Shown piece by piece: positions 62,301-64,000 of a DNA stretch of 64,000 bases. The stretch covers positions 288,001-352,000 of the forward strand of contig CAXXTC010000007.1 in assembly GCA_963666925.2 (NCBI GenBank). Reading direction: 5' to 3'. This DNA comes from Phycisphaerae bacterium. Lineage in GTDB: Bacteria; Planctomycetota; Phycisphaerae; UBA1845; Fen-1342. The position numbers were made by a program, and so were the translations under genes. Position 1 is the first letter of the stretch. The number at the start of each line of letters is the position of its first letter. The notes beneath the pieces are model-generated. The model saw only the letters and a program-made list of their open reading frames with translations, did no database searches and was not told where the DNA came from.

Positions 62301-62394
62301 CGCCAATCGGAATGACCTCCGCCGACGACGAACTGGCCAGCCACGCGGACAGAATGGTCACAAGGATTGCCCCGTGGATTCGTTTGCTATTCAT
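59350..62394 (-). CDS. secreted multidomain protein: discoidin-like, Big_2, zincin-like domain, beta-propeller repeats and dockerin-like end
   Basis: Signal peptide MNSKRIHGAILVTILSAWLASSSSA, VATIDAGGLATGVGVG (Big_2), GEMLHSLGHRCE, about 8 repeats of ITDN..D..PQIN..G.VVW.GFDG.DYEIY, and GDFDLDGDVDVDDF..DSDVDMQDF. Confidence 0.85.
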   Translation of the reverse strand: MNSKRIHGAILVTILSAWLASSSSAEVIPIGELIDGGAAQLTVPAYDIGSPGNLFDRDFSTLMRTASVNPAVITIEFNMPQTTGAARSKFSNPEHSWMLEAADTLEDLDGRTGTWVQILGPLTAPGETVNWVEWNDAPVTRRIYRFTVERLSGDDYVHIYELELQTAAPVYTVLIGGVPRDINMIEVTPAEFTIPLDGSVQYGAEASLSLGPDRYDVTSEADWDTADSEVATIDAGGLATGVGVGGTYVYADLGDVHGTAWLEVTSTEAPLEQHLPRTFAVHYNPIIEEIDGEPIVERLYAVPGWWNGVDPQTLTADWIMDMEEASDGLVVHRVVNEINADVYPIKQTGFRYTDESYFGCLYDGDPWYSPDAVDYRAVIRDYDLARKVDAGQVDEVHIHGAPYFGYWESTMAGLGAYYINSGPVAQIAGARLFAIMGFNYERGVGEMLHSLGHRCEDHIKKVHGGFWDITQSRTDWERFTHNITQSGDAACGTVHYPPNGDTDYDYENYTSVLSTADDWLLNFPNLTGQTDWVDCETWGGPDYHRNYMKWWFAHMPHVEGWNDHDGYHRLNNWYEYIFDINVHEESGGMHVPGGPPPTAGPYDAIQTRITDNDQEDWQPRVNASGRVVWYGFDCMDYEIYSANADGSGVAVITANDWIDEAPQINAVNQIVWQAFDGQDYEIFTANADGSAVVRITDNATDDWHPQINDAGRIVWDGWDGSDYEIYSANADGTDLVQITDNGLVGERPREDVWPQINSSGRVVWFGHDGEDWEIYSANADGSDLINLSDNDYEDEYPQINAAGRVVWHSWISTDTTELYSVDATGGVPVRLTNDAHHDWYPQISDDDQIVWMSMGSDNWEIRCITSGGALTTLTSNATHDEHPQISSDGLVVWQGFDGSDWEIYAWIDGNVRQLTDNDYDDLAPCISPTGGLVTWHAESANDWGIATFEVYVQRPLPGDFDLDGDVDVDDFAYLADCLMGPEVTPAPDCECTDLTTDSDVDMQDFLGFQGFFAE

Positions 62395-62936
62395 TGCCCA
62401 TCTCCCTGATAGGTCGTCTGCGGAGACCTTCCGTACATGGTCACGCCGCTCCAGTATAACGACACAGGAGGTGACCCAGGCCGCATTAGGCCGCGATCTC
62501 CGCACTGGTGCACACCGACGCAACCCCGCAACCCGGCTAATGCGGGTTGGCTCCGCGAACCTGCCCCGCATCCACGGGATGCCAGGTCCGGTGCCAGCAA
62601 CGCCAGCGGTACGCCGTAAACCCTGCGCCATGACGGAATAACGTCACAGATCGCTGCCAGAAAAACTGAGGAATGGCGAAAACTGCCATCGACCTAAACC
62701 CCCCGTAATTACTAATTTACAACCCGGGGGTATTGAGGTGTTAAAATAGATAAAGTCCGTGTGCGGTCACGGTGTGATTTTGCTTCAAGCTATCTGGTGG
62801 CGGTGCTCGATACCACCGTTGTCACCGTAGCAGAGAGGAGCAGGCGCTCGAGTCGGCACATATCTCATTTCGACATCCAAAGCCGCCTCGAAACCTTGTA
62901 AGCAAACAACTACAGCTTCCAGGAGCCCCGGGACCC

Positions 62937-63707
62937 ATGCCAGTCAAGACCAAGCCGGATAGTGTCACCGCACTCTGGGATGACTTCCGCAAGACCGGAT
63001 CCACTAACGCACGAAACCGACTCGTCGAACATTACCTCCCGCTGGTACACAAGTTAGCCGAGATCATGGCCCGCAGACTCTGGCCACGAGTCTCCGCCGA
63101 CGAACTCGCCAGTGCCGGGTACGACGGCCTCATAGCAGCCGTCTCCTCGTTTGATCCGGACCGGGGTGTCAAATTTGAAACATATTGCCGCCAGCGTATC
63201 GTCGGAGCCATCCGCGACTGGCAGCGCGAGATCGACCCCCTCGGCCGCTCTGGCCGCAGCTTCGAACGTACCATGAACGCTGCCGATGAGCGCTTCCAGG
63301 CCGAGCACGGACGTCATCCGACGGCCGTCGAGTTGGCCGATCGCATGGGCATTTCGACCACCAAGTTCTCGCGGATGCGCAAGACGGTGGTCGCCTCACA
63401 TTGCGTCCCGCTAGAATGCAATCACGATCGCAACGACGATTCGCGAGCCAGCGCGCTCGTGCCCGTCGATCCCAGCCCGGGGCCGATGCACCACACCGAA
63501 CGCGAGCTGATCCGCGAGTACCTCACCCGCGGCCTCAAGGAACAGGACCGCCTCATCCTCACGCTCTACTACTACGAAAAGCTCACCATGGCCGCCATCG
63601 GCGCAGTCCTCGGCGTCAGCGAATCACGCGTCTGCCAGCGGCATGCGGAAATCGTCGAACAACTACGCAGCCGCTTTGCCAGCCAGGCTTGCGATCTGGT
63701 TGCCTGA
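62937..63707 (+). CDS. fliA: FliA/WhiG-family (sigma-28) sigma factor
   Basis: RNRLVEHYLPLV, GYDGLI.A..FDPDRGVKFETY..RIVGAIRD and LYYYEKLTM..IG.VLGVSESRVCQ.H. Confidence 0.88.
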   Translation: MPVKTKPDSVTALWDDFRKTGSTNARNRLVEHYLPLVHKLAEIMARRLWPRVSADELASAGYDGLIAAVSSFDPDRGVKFETYCRQRIVGAIRDWQREIDPLGRSGRSFERTMNAADERFQAEHGRHPTAVELADRMGISTTKFSRMRKTVVASHCVPLECNHDRNDDSRASALVPVDPSPGPMHHTERELIREYLTRGLKEQDRLILTLYYYEKLTMAAIGAVLGVSESRVCQRHAEIVEQLRSRFASQACDLVA

Positions 63708-64000
63708 CCACCCGATATCCCCTCTATCCTCCTCCTCAGACCGGTGTTTCCCACTCGGAGGCGCCGGTCGGTTTTTTGCGCCCGCCTCCTGCTCAACCGC
63801 CGGCCGCGACGTCGGCTGCGTCGCCGCCGAACGCAACGCCTCCCGCAGGTTCTCATGCTTGGGTAAATCCTCAAACCCAAACCGTTTCATCTCTTCAAGA
63901 ACCTGTTCATATGTCCACCCCTGGACGTAGATGCGATATAGCCCGATCGCCAGCCCTGTCCGGTTTGTGCCCGCCGCACAGTGCACCAGCGTCGGCGGGG
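63663..64000 (-). CDS. 5'-partial dual-specificity/tyrosine phosphatase
   Basis: PTLVHCAAGTNRTG (HCx5R) and YRIYVQGWTYEQVLEEMKRFGF. Confidence 0.85.
   Translation of the reverse strand, partial: PPTLVHCAAGTNRTGLAIGLYRIYVQGWTYEQVLEEMKRFGFEDLPKHENLREALRSAATQPTSRPAVEQEAGAKNRPAPPSGKHRSEEEDRGDIGWSGNQIASLAGKAAA
63739..63778 (+). terminator. intrinsic terminator after fliA
   Basis: Stem gaccggtgtttcc / ggaggcgccggtc followed by ggtttttt. Confidence 0.7.

Noticed and set aside
62785..62812. Sigma-28 autoregulatory promoter (tcaag..gctcgata) upstream of fliA
   Set aside because: The match to TAAA-N15-GCCGATAA is weak and the spacing ambiguous.

Overview
GC-rich (about 65%) chromosomal window, most likely from a Planctomycetota/Phycisphaerae genome. 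This is an inference from the DUF1559/H-X9-DG protein, three PEP-CTERM proteins, four dockerin-like-tipped secreted proteins and planctomycete-style REP-like palindromes. Housekeeping genes (folD, cysC, obgE, coaX, an mnmE-like GTPase, lepA, a gcdH-like dehydrogenase, prpE, a moeB-like gene, dgt, purC, tRNA-Val(TAC), a fliA-family sigma factor) are interleaved with many large secreted proteins. Main observations: (1) Two minus-strand ORFs (50332-49667 and 49564-47945) form one continuous frame broken only by an in-frame TGA in the context C-D-Y-G-TGA. A SECIS-like hairpin follows, and the post-TGA residues complete the upstream beta-helix domain, so this is a candidate secreted selenoprotein. 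(2) An orphan RHS core-repeat / toxin-tip / immunity array abuts the 3' end of tRNA-Val, with tips I cannot assign to a family. (3) A roughly 1500-aa surface protein carries the same domain twice in circularly permuted order and shares a lectin-like domain with the adjacent PEP-CTERM protein. (4) GC skew flips from G-rich to C-rich near 27-33 kb, as expected at a replication terminus. (5) A promoter-led structured region of about 500 nt with no convincing long ORF lies at 36.7-37.2 kb. Many single-base frameshifts at 39.8-58 kb look like consensus indel errors.
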